A DNA stretch of 64,000 nucleotides from Bdellovibrionales bacterium (GCA_965199935.1 CBDATD010000001.1:491097-555096); one strand, 5' to 3'. Counted from the first letter of the stretch, positions 1 to 11,029 are shown. Translations and numbers: made by a program. The notes: generated by a model from the sequence alone, not told the origin.

Positions 1-274
1 GCAGAACAATTTGAAAAAAACAGTTTCCGGCATATTTTGACTTACGAGAGGTCTATTTCTTCAAAAGTAATGCCCTCTCAAAACTCTCCAACCAACATTG
101 CTGGAAACAAAGTAAATACAATGCATAAAGAATACATTATTGTCTGCCAAAAACTATGATGTTTCAAATACAAACAAGGACAGTTCACACATACATTCAC
201 TGCCTGTCTTCTGATAAAATTAAATCGTGTCCTTTACAAACAAAGGAAATTAAGAAGAAAAGCGCTTAACTTTT

Positions 275-1195
275 TCACTTATAAAGAAAAATAAAAACCC
301 AGATCAAATAAGCAGTAAGTAAATGAATCATTCTCATAACAAGAGGCGAAAGCGTTAATAAAGTTATCGCTCCCGTTAAAATCCCTAAAAATAATAAACC
401 TGTCAATAAAAGCCTGCTGTTGGAATAGACTAAATCCTGAACGCTGTATAAAATTGATTTTTGTTTTTTAAAAAAACTTTTTAGAGGAAAAAAATCCTTT
501 TTTTCAAAATTCCAAAGAAGATAAAGCAAAACAGCTCCTGCAATGAGAACAGCCGCCGCTGGATGCCACAAGCGAAACTGAACAATCCAAGGAGAGTGTT
601 CATCAAAATCCATCAACCACCCTTCTTTTAAAGAGGAAGAAGGAAATAATGTATTGGACAAAGAAGCTGTGGAGCCTGTGAAAGCAATCAAAAGATAGAA
701 GCCGGCTAAGGAAGTTATTTTTTTAAAAGGAATGGATACAGATCCTACAGCATATCTAAGGCACAGCACGATGGAAGCTGTTAAAAATAAACTATTCAAC
801 AAGTGGGCATTCAAAATAAAAAGCCTAAGCCCTGAGGTATTTTGGCCTGTCAGGCCCTTTAAAACCAAAAAAGCTCCAATAAGGGCCTCACTAATTGTAA
901 AAATAAGAGCTGTTGATGACCAAAATCTAATTTTATGATTTTTAGGAAAATATTTAAAACTTAAAAATGCAAGAAACAAAATATAAAGTCCAAAGACAGA
1001 GGAGCTTGCCCGGTGCAGCCATTCAATCCACGTTTTTGACGAATCACTTTCAGGAATCCATTCATCATGACACAAAGGCCAGTTCATTCCGCATCCATCA
1101 CCAGAATGTGAGAAGCGAACCCAAGCCCCCCATAAAATAACAAACAAAGCTAAAAACAATGCGGTTAAACAAAAAATATGGAAATATTTTTTCAT
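275..1195 (-). CDS. ctaA: Heme A synthase (CtaA/COX15 family)
   Basis: 306-aa polytopic membrane ORF. The N-terminal GDGCG..WPLC cysteine motif and the repeated hydrophobic helices are typical of CtaA. Confidence 0.8.
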   Translation of the reverse strand: MKKYFHIFCLTALFLALFVILWGAWVRFSHSGDGCGMNWPLCHDEWIPESDSSKTWIEWLHRASSSVFGLYILFLAFLSFKYFPKNHKIRFWSSTALIFTISEALIGAFLVLKGLTGQNTSGLRLFILNAHLLNSLFLTASIVLCLRYAVGSVSIPFKKITSLAGFYLLIAFTGSTASLSNTLFPSSSLKEGWLMDFDEHSPWIVQFRLWHPAAAVLIAGAVLLYLLWNFEKKDFFPLKSFFKKQKSILYSVQDLVYSNSRLLLTGLLFLGILTGAITLLTLSPLVMRMIHLLTAYLIWVFIFLYK

Positions 1196-1204
1196 ACCTG
1201 TTTT

Positions 1205-2584
1205 TTACATTTGCCGAGCGGCTGAGTTCACACTCAAAGCGGCCTCCCTCACTACTTCAGAGAGAGTTGGATGGGCGTGAAAACTTTTGGCAATATCTTC
1301 GCTGTTGGCGCTAAACTCCATAGCTATGACTGCCTCTGCAATCATGTCCGAGGCCCTCGGCCCTATGATATGCACCCCTAAAACTTCATCTGTATTTTTA
1401 TCAGAAATAATTTTCACAAAACCCTCTGTACAACCCAAAGCTTTGGCCCGGCCGTTTGCTGTGAAAGGAAAACGCCCCGTTTTTATATCTATTCCTTTTT
1501 TTTGTGCTTGTTCTTGAGTCAGCCCGACAGAAGCCACCTCAGGCCAAGTGTAAACAACAGAAGGCAGTGTTTTATAATTCACATGACCCTGTCCATTTGC
1601 AATAATCTCCGCCGCCGCCACCCCCTCTTCTTCAGCCTTATGAGCCAGCATAGCTCCTCCGATCACGTCCCCAATGGCGTAAATAGAGGGAACTGATGTT
1701 TGATATTTAGAGTTGACAGGTATAAACCCTTGTTCATTCGTTTCAATGCCGCAGGTTTTTAGACCTAAATTTTCAGTGTATGGAATACGTCCAATGGAGA
1801 CCAAAGCAATGTCGCTGACAAGTTTTTGATTTTTTTTATCTTGCTCAAAGACAATCTCTGCCTTTTTTCCTTTATCTTCAGCTTCAGTGACTTTTGAATT
1901 CAAATAAAACTTCAGACCTTGCTCCTTTAAAACTTTTAAAAGAGCTTGAGAAATATCTTTATCTAAAGCCGGACATAAGCGTTCCGAAAATTCCACAACA
2001 TGAACATCCGCACCCAGCCTTTTCCACACAGACCCTAACTCTAAACCGATATATCCTCCTCCAACAACCACCATAGATTTCGGAGGTTTTGAAAGACTTA
2101 AGGCCTCTGTAGAAGAAATAATTGTCTTACTGAAAGGAGCAAAAGGCAAAGCCTTCGGTTTACTTCCAGCTGCAATCATAATATTTTTTGTTTGAATTGT
2201 TTTTGATTCACTGATTTTAACTTTATAGGGACTGATGATTTGAGCGTGTCCCTGAAACCTTTCAATTTTATTTTTCTTCATCAAGTAGTTTACACCGTTT
2301 GTCAGCTCTGAGACAATTTTATCTTTTCTTTTCATCATGTTGGGTAAATTCAAATGAACTTTTCCTACGTCCACACCGTGGTTTTTAATCTCATTATCCA
2401 CAAAGTGGTAATGCTCGCTGGAATCCAATAAAGCTTTTGAAGGGATGCATCCCACATTCAAACAAGTTCCTCCTAAGACAGAATATTTTTCAACAATACC
2501 TGTTTTTAAACCCAGTTGAGCAGAGCGAATGGCTCCTGTGTAGCCTCCTGGTCCAGATCCAATCACGATTAAATCAAATTCCAT
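1205..2584 (-). CDS. lpdA: Dihydrolipoyl dehydrogenase (E3)
   Basis: FAD motif VIGSGPGGY, redox-active disulfide GGTCLNVGCIPSK and C-terminal HAHPTLSE interface motif. It lies in the sucAB neighbourhood. Confidence 0.95.
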   Translation of the reverse strand: MEFDLIVIGSGPGGYTGAIRSAQLGLKTGIVEKYSVLGGTCLNVGCIPSKALLDSSEHYHFVDNEIKNHGVDVGKVHLNLPNMMKRKDKIVSELTNGVNYLMKKNKIERFQGHAQIISPYKVKISESKTIQTKNIMIAAGSKPKALPFAPFSKTIISSTEALSLSKPPKSMVVVGGGYIGLELGSVWKRLGADVHVVEFSERLCPALDKDISQALLKVLKEQGLKFYLNSKVTEAEDKGKKAEIVFEQDKKNQKLVSDIALVSIGRIPYTENLGLKTCGIETNEQGFIPVNSKYQTSVPSIYAIGDVIGGAMLAHKAEEEGVAAAEIIANGQGHVNYKTLPSVVYTWPEVASVGLTQEQAQKKGIDIKTGRFPFTANGRAKALGCTEGFVKIISDKNTDEVLGVHIIGPRASDMIAEAVIAMEFSANSEDIAKSFHAHPTLSEVVREAALSVNSAARQM

Positions 2585-2904
2585 TTTTTCCTCTCTTTTT
2601 TTTAAATTGCCTGATCTTAAAATTGAAGCGTTTCGTCCATACTCTATAAAATTTCTGCCTCATTATAAAGAAAAATTACGAATTTATGCAATGATCCTCC
2701 TGCCGTGATTTATGACGTGAAATCACAGCAATTTTGCCGGCCCTTTCCAAAAAGCACCTCATCTTTTGCACGCACACCGCCCCACAACATCCGTCATCCT
2801 GCAATACCAGCCGCCCCTGCTGTCGCAAGGGTCTATTTTCTCTATTGTTATCAATGTAAACCTGTATTATACAGCCGAGAACAAAAGAAGAAAAAAGGTG
2901 TAAA

Positions 2905-3294
2905 ATGTTAAAGTATTTAATAGGGGCGTTGTTTTTGTTTCAGGTGAGTTGTGCATCTATTGACAAAATTTACTCCTGTAAAACTGAATGTTTAAATAAA
3001 AAGAAAGAATTGTATAAAGACACTTACTGCCGGATTGGAATGACTCATAAATTAGAAAATCGCCTGGGGAAGTGGATAAGAGACTATAAAAAGAAAAATC
3101 ACACTGTGATAAAATATGAAATTATCGGCCTTTTTGAATCAAAACAAGATGCTCAAAAGCTTGAAACAAAAGAAGTCAAAGCTCAAAGCTGTGAGGGGCA
3201 TCCGGGAGGAGACGGCCCTGAAAAGGCAAAATGGTTTGTTTATAAGCTGACAATTAAAAACTTAAGTGAAGCCGCAACAATCCCTAAAAACTAG
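2905..3294 (+). CDS. Hypothetical lipoprotein with a weak GIY-YIG/T5orf172-like pattern
   Basis: The signal peptide ends in a lipobox-like LFQVSC. The mature part contains YCRIGMTHKLENRLGKW ... AQKLETKEV. Function unknown. Confidence 0.5.
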   Translation: MLKYLIGALFLFQVSCASIDKIYSCKTECLNKKKELYKDTYCRIGMTHKLENRLGKWIRDYKKKNHTVIKYEIIGLFESKQDAQKLETKEVKAQSCEGHPGGDGPEKAKWFVYKLTIKNLSEAATIPKN

Positions 3295-3347
3295 ATACCT
3301 GCGTTGATTCTCTCCAAGCTATAAGCTCAGAAAAAGTTGAATTAAAA

Positions 3348-4586
3348 TTAAATGTCTAAAAGAATGCGGGCCGGCTCCTCAATGCATTCCTTCACTGTCA
3401 CTAAAAATCCAACCGATTCTCTGCCGTCCACAATCCGGTGGTCATAAGACAGAGCCAAGTACATCATAGGCCGAACCACAATGCCATCACCCAAAACAAC
3501 AGGACGCTTTTCAATTTTATGCATTCCTAAAATACCGCTCTGAGGAGGGTTCAAAATAGGAGTAGAAAGAAGAGAACCAAAGACCCCGCCGTTGCTGATC
3601 GTAAAAGTTCCTCCCATTAAATCATCCGGTAGAATTTTACCGTCTCTGGCCTTTTTGGCAAAATACAAAACTTCTTTCTCAAGCTCTGCAGTAGATTTTA
3701 AATCCGCATTTTTAATCACAGGAACAATCAAGCCCTTCTCTGTGCTAACAGCAATGCTAATATGGCAGTGCTTGTGAAAAACAAGCTCTCCTCCCTCAAT
3801 TTGCGCCCCCGCTCTTGGATAAGCCTTCATCGCTTGAATCACAGCTTTTATAAAAAAGCCCATGAAACCAAGTTTGATGCCGTATTTTTTCTGAAAAACT
3901 TCTTGATAGCTTTTGCGAAGAGCTAAGATGCGGGTCATATCCACTTCATTAAATGTTGTTAAAGTCGCTGTCCCCCTCTGAGAAGCCACAAGCCTTTCAG
4001 CAATTCTCTTTCGAAGAGTAGTCATTTTTTCGCGGCGAAATTCTGAACTCAATTCATCAGCCTCCGCAGAAGAAGATTTTTGAGACAAGGACGTTGAAGG
4101 GGCGGCTGATTGAGAAGTTTTTGTTTGTAAGTCCAATTTTTTTATTCTTCCCCCCTTGCCTGTGCCTCTAAGAGAAGATGGATCTATATCCTTTTCCGCT
4201 AAAGCATGACGGACAGAAGGAGCAAATTTTGAAAGGTCCAATTCAGCGTGAGGTTCAGATAAGGGTTCTTCTTTTTTTGAAGAAGGACCCACAACAGCCT
4301 GAGAAGATTTTTCAACACTTTTTAATCCTTCTTTGGACTGGGAAGGCTGAACAGAAGTGTCAATGGAGCCAATCACCTCTCCAATTTGGACTTCATCTCC
4401 TTCTTGTTTTAAAATTTCCAATCGGCCGGAAGCTTCTGCAGGCACCTCCATAGAGGCCTTGTCTGTTTCTAAAAGCAACAGCACTTCATCTTTGTTGATA
4501 CAGTCTCCGGAAGATTTTTGCCAAGACCCAATCACTGCCGAACGTACAGACTCACCCACCGCCGGTACCTTTATATCCACTTTCAT
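3348..4586 (-). CDS. sucB: Dihydrolipoamide succinyltransferase (E2o)
   Basis: N-terminal lipoyl domain ([10 protein letters not shown]), an Ala/Ser/Pro-rich linker and the catalytic motif [11 protein letters not shown]. Confidence 0.95.
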   Translation of the reverse strand: MKVDIKVPAVGESVRSAVIGSWQKSSGDCINKDEVLLLLETDKASMEVPAEASGRLEILKQEGDEVQIGEVIGSIDTSVQPSQSKEGLKSVEKSSQAVVGPSSKKEEPLSEPHAELDLSKFAPSVRHALAEKDIDPSSLRGTGKGGRIKKLDLQTKTSQSAAPSTSLSQKSSSAEADELSSEFRREKMTTLRKRIAERLVASQRGTATLTTFNEVDMTRILALRKSYQEVFQKKYGIKLGFMGFFIKAVIQAMKAYPRAGAQIEGGELVFHKHCHISIAVSTEKGLIVPVIKNADLKSTAELEKEVLYFAKKARDGKILPDDLMGGTFTISNGGVFGSLLSTPILNPPQSGILGMHKIEKRPVVLGDGIVVRPMMYLALSYDHRIVDGRESVGFLVTVKECIEEPARILLDI

Positions 4587-4886
4587 ATTTCACTGCCTTA
4601 TACAGTGAGTATGATAAAATTGATATTTGATAGAATCAAGAAGAAATACTTTATACATAGGCCCCCGCTTTCGCGAGGGTGACAAAAATACGGCGGTGAC
4701 GTACACGAGGAAGCCGGGCAGATAGAGCTGTAAATGAGTTCGGCTTTGAAACAGAGCAGACAAAGTTTGCTCTGTGGCAAAACGTATGTTTGAGCTTTAC
4801 AGCTTTGTCTGCTTGGCTTTCGTGACTGGACCTCCGCTTTCACTGGAAAGCATGAAAGCGACCGCTCTGAAAAAAGCAGGAGCGTC
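4587..4886 (-). other. G+C-rich, hairpin-dense sucA-sucB spacer (candidate structured RNA or repeat element)
   Basis: About 300 nt lie between two genes that are normally adjacent. There is a perfect 11-bp inverted repeat AGCAGACAAAG (4755-4765) / CTTTGTCTGCT (4803-4813), and a competing 7-bp pair CAGAGCA (4752-4758) / TGCTCTG (4768-4774). An 8-bp pair CGCTTTCA (4835-4842) / TGAAAGCG (4853-4860) has an alternative GAAAGC partner at 4846-4851. Confidence 0.5.
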
Positions 4887-7598
4887 TCAAGTGTGGACTT
4901 TGGAAATTACATCCTGGATCAAGCTCTCTTGCTCTTCTTGATGCATGAGTGAAGAGCCTGTTGCCGGCGATGCTTTTTCAGCCCGCCCCGCATACTCCAC
5001 ACGGATCTTCGTTCTTCCTAATTCATACAACAGCTCTTGAAGGCGGGGGATTATAAAAAAAGCCGCCCCCATGTTCTTTGGCTCTTCCTGCAGCCAAACT
5101 ACTTTTTCCAACTCAGGAAAGCCATTCAAATAAGGACCCAAAGCATTTTTCGGAAACGGGTACAGTTGTTCCACACGAATGAACAGCACATGTTTAAAAT
5201 TTTTAGGAAACTTTTCCAAAAGTTCAAAATAGATCTTACCCGTACACAAAACAATTGAGCGAACAGAGTTTTTAGGTTTTTCTGCAATGATTTCTTTGAA
5301 GGATCCTTTAAACAGCTCTTCTATAGGCGACATCATTTGAGGGTGTCTCAATAAAGATTTAGGAGTCATAACGATAAGAGGTTTAAAAATACCCCTCTTT
5401 AACTGCCTTCTTAGAACATGAAAAAAATTAGATGGAGTTGTTGGAGAGCAGACCTGCATATTGTACTGAGCGCACAACTGCAAATACCTCTCCAATCTTG
5501 CACTGGAATGCTCCGGCCCCTGTCCTTCATAGCCATGAGGAAGCAGTAGAGTTAAAGCACAGGATTGAAGCCATTTTTCCTCCCCGCTTGAAATATATTG
5601 ATCAATAATAATCTGTGCTCCATTTGAAAAATCTCCAAACTGCGCCTCCCATATGTTAAGTTTCGAATGATCTAAACAAGAATTGCCGTATTCAAAACCT
5701 AAAACGGCCATCTCTGACAAAGGAGAATTATAGATACAAAATTCCGCTTGAGTTTTATTCAAACAAGCAAGAGGAATATGTTCTTTCCCATTTTCAGAAT
5801 CAAAATACACAGCATGGCGGTGAGAGAATGTTCCTCGTTTGCAGTCTTGACCGGACAAACGAACAGGATGCCCTTCCAAACACAGCGTTCCATACGCCAA
5901 CAGCTCCGCTAAGGCCCAATCCACCTGTTCGGACCCCGCAAGTTTTCTTCTGTTTTGAATCAAACGCTTTACCTTTGAATGAAGATTCAAATCAGAAGGC
6001 TCTGAAATTAAAGCTTCCAGCACTTGAGTCACATTTTTCTCAGAGGAGCCGGTTTCAACAGATTCTTCCATTTCCTCCGTAGAAGGCTTTGGGTTGTAAG
6101 GCCATATAGCACCCCGAAGATCACTCTCTTTAATAGACACAGGAGTTTTTCTAATGCCGTCTAATACCGACTGCAGTTGATTTGTATATGTCTGGAAAGT
6201 ACGATTCCTGTCATCTTGAACTGTTTTTTCTTTGATCAGCTGTTTCTTATAAATATTCATCACAGTAGGATGTTTTCTTATCCTTTCATACATCAAAGGC
6301 TGAGTGAAGGCCGGTTCATCCCCCTCATTATGTCCAAACCTGCGGTAAGAGATTAAATCAATAATAATATCCTGTTGAAACTTTTGTCGAAATTCCACAG
6401 CTGTATTTACTGCTTGAATGCATTTTTCCACATCGTCAGCATTCACCAAAAGAACAGGAGCTCCTATGGACTGCGCTAAATCTGAAGCATAAAGGGAAGA
6501 TCTTCCGTCTGCCGGATCCGTCGTAAACCCCACTTGATTATTTACAATGATATGGATAGTCCCCCCTACCGTATAGCCGTCCAACTTGGATAGTTGAAGA
6601 GTTTCACTCACCACCCCCTGCCCGCAAAAAGAGGCATCTCCATGAATAAGAAGAGGGACCACTTTATTTCTCGATTGTGAATCTTTGGCTTTATTTTGAA
6701 GAGCTCTCGTGACCCCTTGTACAATAGGGTCAATGGACTCCAAGTGGCTTGGATTAAAACCTAACAAAACATTGCAGGTTTTTCCGGAGAAGGTTTTCTT
6801 TTTGCAGGAATATCCAATGTGATATTTCACATCCCCGGTGAAATCCATATCTGAAAAAACTTCACCTTCAAATTGAGATAAAATAGTTTCATAAGACTGA
6901 TTCATAAAATTGGCCATCACGTTAAGCCTCCCTCTATGCGACATTCCCATGACAAACTCTTTTACACCCTGCAAAGCCCCCTGATCCACAATATGCTCCA
7001 GCATAGGGATCAAAACATCTGCTCCTTCAATGGAAAATCTTTTGGCCCCCAAAAACCGATTGTGTAAAAATTTCTCGAAAGCCTCCGTATATGTCAGTTT
7101 TTCTAAAAAATGATTTTTTTGCTCTAGGCTTAATTGAAAGGAAGTCTGTTCAAATTTTCTAAAGAACCAGTGTCGGACTTCAGGGGAACAGCCTCCCACG
7201 TGAAGAGCTGTCTTTGAACAGTAAGTCCTCTCTAAAAAAAGAATCATCTCTTTTAAATTTTTAAAATCTGTCTGAATGAGTGAGAAAACTTCAAATTTTT
7301 TATCCAAATCCCCACTTTCTAGTTCAAAACGGGCCAGTTCTAAATGGTCCATAAACGGCTCTTTTATTCCGAGAGGATCCAGTTGAGCTTTTAAGTGACC
7401 GTCTTCACGGTAGGTTTGAATAAGATTGTAAACCTTCAGCTCTTTTTTTGAAAAAGCACCGTACTCCAAAGAGCTTGCCGTCTCCACCCCGTCAAAAAAG
7501 AGCTTCCAGTCATGATTGACTGATTGAGGATTCCCTTTATACTGCTCAAATAGGACTTCAATATAGTCCAAATTATTTCGATCCATTTTTGAGGGCAT
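4887..7598 (-). CDS. sucA: 2-oxoglutarate dehydrogenase E1 component
   Basis: The ORF is open to 7661, but the ATG at 7598 is preceded by the Shine-Dalgarno (SD) sequence AAGGAGAT and gives MPSKMDRNNLDYIEVLFEQY. ThDP-region motifs HGDASFCGQG and NNQVGFTT are present. Confidence 0.93.
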   Translation of the reverse strand: MPSKMDRNNLDYIEVLFEQYKGNPQSVNHDWKLFFDGVETASSLEYGAFSKKELKVYNLIQTYREDGHLKAQLDPLGIKEPFMDHLELARFELESGDLDKKFEVFSLIQTDFKNLKEMILFLERTYCSKTALHVGGCSPEVRHWFFRKFEQTSFQLSLEQKNHFLEKLTYTEAFEKFLHNRFLGAKRFSIEGADVLIPMLEHIVDQGALQGVKEFVMGMSHRGRLNVMANFMNQSYETILSQFEGEVFSDMDFTGDVKYHIGYSCKKKTFSGKTCNVLLGFNPSHLESIDPIVQGVTRALQNKAKDSQSRNKVVPLLIHGDASFCGQGVVSETLQLSKLDGYTVGGTIHIIVNNQVGFTTDPADGRSSLYASDLAQSIGAPVLLVNADDVEKCIQAVNTAVEFRQKFQQDIIIDLISYRRFGHNEGDEPAFTQPLMYERIRKHPTVMNIYKKQLIKEKTVQDDRNRTFQTYTNQLQSVLDGIRKTPVSIKESDLRGAIWPYNPKPSTEEMEESVETGSSEKNVTQVLEALISEPSDLNLHSKVKRLIQNRRKLAGSEQVDWALAELLAYGTLCLEGHPVRLSGQDCKRGTFSHRHAVYFDSENGKEHIPLACLNKTQAEFCIYNSPLSEMAVLGFEYGNSCLDHSKLNIWEAQFGDFSNGAQIIIDQYISSGEEKWLQSCALTLLLPHGYEGQGPEHSSARLERYLQLCAQYNMQVCSPTTPSNFFHVLRRQLKRGIFKPLIVMTPKSLLRHPQMMSPIEELFKGSFKEIIAEKPKNSVRSIVLCTGKIYFELLEKFPKNFKHVLFIRVEQLYPFPKNALGPYLNGFPELEKVVWLQEEPKNMGAAFFIIPRLQELLYELGRTKIRVEYAGRAEKASPATGSSLMHQEEQESLIQDVISKVHT

Positions 7599-7912
7599 TT
7601 CATCTCCTTTTTTTGACGCCTTAGCCAAACTTCTGCACTTTAAAGGTAGGATTTGTACCAAAATTTGCTCAAATCGTCATCCATGAATTAGACTCACAGC
7701 AATAAATATTTTTTCTTGATTGATACAACCGGCCGGTTTTAAAAACAAGACCCTTTTAAGATAGAATTTAGGAGTTCAGTGAAAAAATAAAATTTCTATG
7801 AGAAAAGCAGGGCCGTCAGAAAATAAAGTCCAGAAATAAACATTATGGGTGTTTTTATGGAGGCTTATTTTTAAAATTCATAAGAGGAAAATAAACGAGG
7901 AGGAAATCACAC

Positions 7913-8911
7913 ATGTTATTGGATCCAGGTTTTGAACTGACACTCAGGCCGATGAAGTACCCTATCTTTTTTGAAATGTATAAGAATGCTATTAAAAACA
8001 CATGGACGGTTGATGAAGTGGATTTTAATTCTGATGTGATTGATCTTAAAACAAAATTAACTCCAAGTGAAAATTTTCTCATCAAAAGATTGGTGGCTTT
8101 TTTTGCCACAGGGGACACCATCGTAGGAAATAATCTGGTGCTAAATCTGTATAAACATATCAATTCGCCTGAGGCTCGGATGTATTTAGGCCGGCAGCTT
8201 TACGAAGAAATGCTTCATGTTCAATTCTATTTAACCCTGCTGGACACCTACATCCCTGATCATGACGAAAGGAGTGCGGCTTTTTCAGCAATCAATAACA
8301 TCCCATCTATTAAAAAGAAAGGGGACTTCAGCTTTAAATGGATGGACTCTATTGAACAATTGGATAAATTGAATACACAAGAAGACCGCCGTCGGTTCCT
8401 CATGAATCTTATTTGTTTTGCAGGAACCATTGAAGGATTGTTTTTCTTTGCGGCTTTTGCGTATGTGTATTTTCTGCGCTCCAAAGGCCTTTTAAACGGG
8501 TTGGCCACAGGCACCAACTGGGTCTTTCGAGATGAAAGCTGTCATATTGATTTTGCTTTTAAAACAATGGAAATTGTTATTAAAGAGGAGCCTTCTTTGA
8601 TCCAGCCCAATATGAAAAGCATGATTATCGCCATGTTCAATGAAGCTATTGATTGTGAATTGACGTTTGCGGAAGAGATTTTATCTCAAGGTATGGCCGG
8701 CATGAGTTTAAAAGACATGAAAACTTACCTGCGGTATATCACAGATCTAAGGTTGGAGAGAATCGGCATCCCCGCTCAGTTTAAAGTGAGAAACCCTTTC
8801 CATTTTATGGACTTGCAGGATACGCAGGAGCTGACCAATTTCTTTGAAAGACGCGTCTCGGCTTACCAAACTGGAACAAAGGGCGAAGTATCTTTTGATG
8901 AACCCTTTTAA
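7913..8911 (+). CDS. nrdB: Ribonucleotide reductase class I small (beta) subunit
   Basis: Ferritin-like di-iron motifs EEMLHV and RDESCH. The SD GAGGAGG lies upstream of the ATG. Confidence 0.9.
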   Translation: MLLDPGFELTLRPMKYPIFFEMYKNAIKNTWTVDEVDFNSDVIDLKTKLTPSENFLIKRLVAFFATGDTIVGNNLVLNLYKHINSPEARMYLGRQLYEEMLHVQFYLTLLDTYIPDHDERSAAFSAINNIPSIKKKGDFSFKWMDSIEQLDKLNTQEDRRRFLMNLICFAGTIEGLFFFAAFAYVYFLRSKGLLNGLATGTNWVFRDESCHIDFAFKTMEIVIKEEPSLIQPNMKSMIIAMFNEAIDCELTFAEEILSQGMAGMSLKDMKTYLRYITDLRLERIGIPAQFKVRNPFHFMDLQDTQELTNFFERRVSAYQTGTKGEVSFDEPF

Positions 8912-8915
8912 AGAG

Positions 8916-9983
8916 TTAATAAGAGTCTAGTTCTTTCCGGCGGCAATAAATAAAATAAAAATAAACAGCCACACCGACAAAACTCACAGCACTCAGCCAC
9001 TGACCCCGAGTCAACCCCAGAAGGTCAAATCCTATATGAGCATCCGGTTCGCGAAATATTTCCCCAATAATACGCATCGTAAAATAACTCACTCCCCACA
9101 CCCCTGCAATCACACCTGTTTTTCTGGGTTTTCTCCACAACAGACTGACAACAATCAAGGGTATCAATCCCTCCAGCACAGACTGATACAGTTGAGAAGG
9201 GTGCCTGAGAGGCAAAGCTTCTTGAAGAGGAGCAATAATTTTTTGTTCACCGGCTTCAACTGCGGAGGTTATTCGATTTAAAACAGATAAAATTTCTGCT
9301 GTAAAGCGGTCCTTTGAGGCAATCCACACCTCCCAAAGAGATTCCGATATATTGAGATCCCCCCGGCCAAAAGGATTTTTAATAGATTTCAGTTGAACAA
9401 CAGCCTGTTTTAACGAAAGAAGTTTTTCAGAATCCCCGTAGCGAAACCACGTATAAATCTCTTGAGGAAACTTCACTCCAAAAGGAGCAGAAGTTTGAAT
9501 AACTCGTCCGTAAAGTTCTCCGTTGATAAAATTAGCGATCCGCCCAAAGAAAAATCCCACTCCCGCTCCCACAACACTTAAATCCAAGAGGTGCAGAAGG
9601 GAGTATTTTTTTCGATAGGAGAAAAGCCAAAAAGCCAACAGGACGCCTAAAATACCTCCATGGCTGGCCATGCCTCCTTTATGTATCTCTAAGACCCCCC
9701 AAAATGGAAAATGAGAACTCCACTTCAACCAGAGATCAGGTTGATAAAACAGACAGTGGCCCAATCTGCCTCCAGCAAGAACACCTAAGATCGCATAATT
9801 CACCAAACTAAAAATATCTTCTCTGGAAAGAGGAGTGCGGTTGTTTTTCAAAAGCAATAATAAAAAATAATTTCCCAGGAGAAAAGCGGTAATGTAAGCC
9901 AATCCATACCATCGGATTCCAAAATTCCCATAAATAGAGAGAGCAAAAGGATCTAAGTTATGCAAGTACACCCATTCAGCCAT
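8916..9983 (-). CDS. lgt: Phosphatidylglycerol-prolipoprotein diacylglyceryl transferase
   Basis: MASHGGILG and GRIANFINGELYG motifs in a polytopic membrane protein. At 355 aa it is longer than usual and seems to carry an internal insertion. Confidence 0.85.
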   Translation of the reverse strand: MAEWVYLHNLDPFALSIYGNFGIRWYGLAYITAFLLGNYFLLLLLKNNRTPLSREDIFSLVNYAILGVLAGGRLGHCLFYQPDLWLKWSSHFPFWGVLEIHKGGMASHGGILGVLLAFWLFSYRKKYSLLHLLDLSVVGAGVGFFFGRIANFINGELYGRVIQTSAPFGVKFPQEIYTWFRYGDSEKLLSLKQAVVQLKSIKNPFGRGDLNISESLWEVWIASKDRFTAEILSVLNRITSAVEAGEQKIIAPLQEALPLRHPSQLYQSVLEGLIPLIVVSLLWRKPRKTGVIAGVWGVSYFTMRIIGEIFREPDAHIGFDLLGLTRGQWLSAVSFVGVAVYFYFIYCRRKELDSY

Positions 9984-10027
9984 AAGTTATCCCTATAATT
10001 TTTCGTTTTAAAAGTAAACGATTATTT

Positions 10028-10412
<385 letters not shown>

Positions 10413-10421
10413 TGATATAAT
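10413..10421 (+). promoter_or_regulatory. Extended -10 promoter element TGATATAAT
   Basis: A TGnTATAAT match lies 1 nt after the CAAT tract and 8 nt before the ATG at 10430. There is no SD in between. Confidence 0.6.
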
Positions 10422-10429
10422 GCCCTCAT

Positions 10430-11029
10430 ATGAAACTTGTCCAGATTTTTCTTTTATGTTTTTTGAGCGGTTCTGTCCTCGCACAGAAAAAAAATTCTCC
10501 GTCAAAAAAACAAGAATCAACTCCGCCGCAGGAGATAAAACTAAAACCAGCCCCTCTTCCAATCCACAGCATGGGGGATCATTGGTCAGGAGTTCGGGAG
10601 GCCGATGGAGTTTCTACCTATAAATTAAAATCAAACCCTAAAGTCATCGGGACTTTTCACCTGCAAAAACAAGAGAAAATAGATTTAAAAGAGTTGAAAC
10701 AAAAAGATTTTTTTAAAAAATTCACCTGGAGAAAGGAAGAATGGCTGAGAGTGATCGGCATCCAAGAGTGGAAGGCGGACTCACACAGTCTGAAGAAAAG
10801 AAAAGATTTTATGGAGTTAAATATCAAGGGCTCCTACAAAAGGTCCAGCGGCCGGCAGGTGTTTTTTAAAGAGCGTCAGTTATTCTTTCCAGACTCGGTT
10901 TATCAAATACTCGTGATTGGTCCGGAAAAGAAAACCCTTCAAAAAGGGAGTGTGAGGAGTTTTTTTAAGAAAGCCCAAAAAATAGGAATTCAAAAGAGAA
11001 AGGGGGATCAGCGTGAATCAAGGTCATAG
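10430..11029 (+). CDS. Hypothetical secreted Lys-rich protein
   Basis: The N-terminal signal peptide is MKLVQIFLLCFLSGSVLAQ. I recognise no family. Confidence 0.6.
   Translation: MKLVQIFLLCFLSGSVLAQKKNSPSKKQESTPPQEIKLKPAPLPIHSMGDHWSGVREADGVSTYKLKSNPKVIGTFHLQKQEKIDLKELKQKDFFKKFTWRKEEWLRVIGIQEWKADSHSLKKRKDFMELNIKGSYKRSSGRQVFFKERQLFFPDSVYQILVIGPEKKTLQKGSVRSFFKKAQKIGIQKRKGDQRESRS

Noticed and set aside
2650-2900. Third G+C-rich intergenic patch upstream of lpdA, with the hairpin GTGATTT..AAATCAC.
   Set aside because: I looked for the GCAGACAAA core shared by the other two patches. Only short TGACGTGAAA-type matches turned up, which is not enough to claim membership in the same family.
4598-4843. 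81-aa minus-strand ORF in the sucA-sucB spacer.
   Set aside because: It has no SD and is Cys/Ser-rich and low in complexity. The region is dominated by inverted repeats, so it is more likely non-coding.
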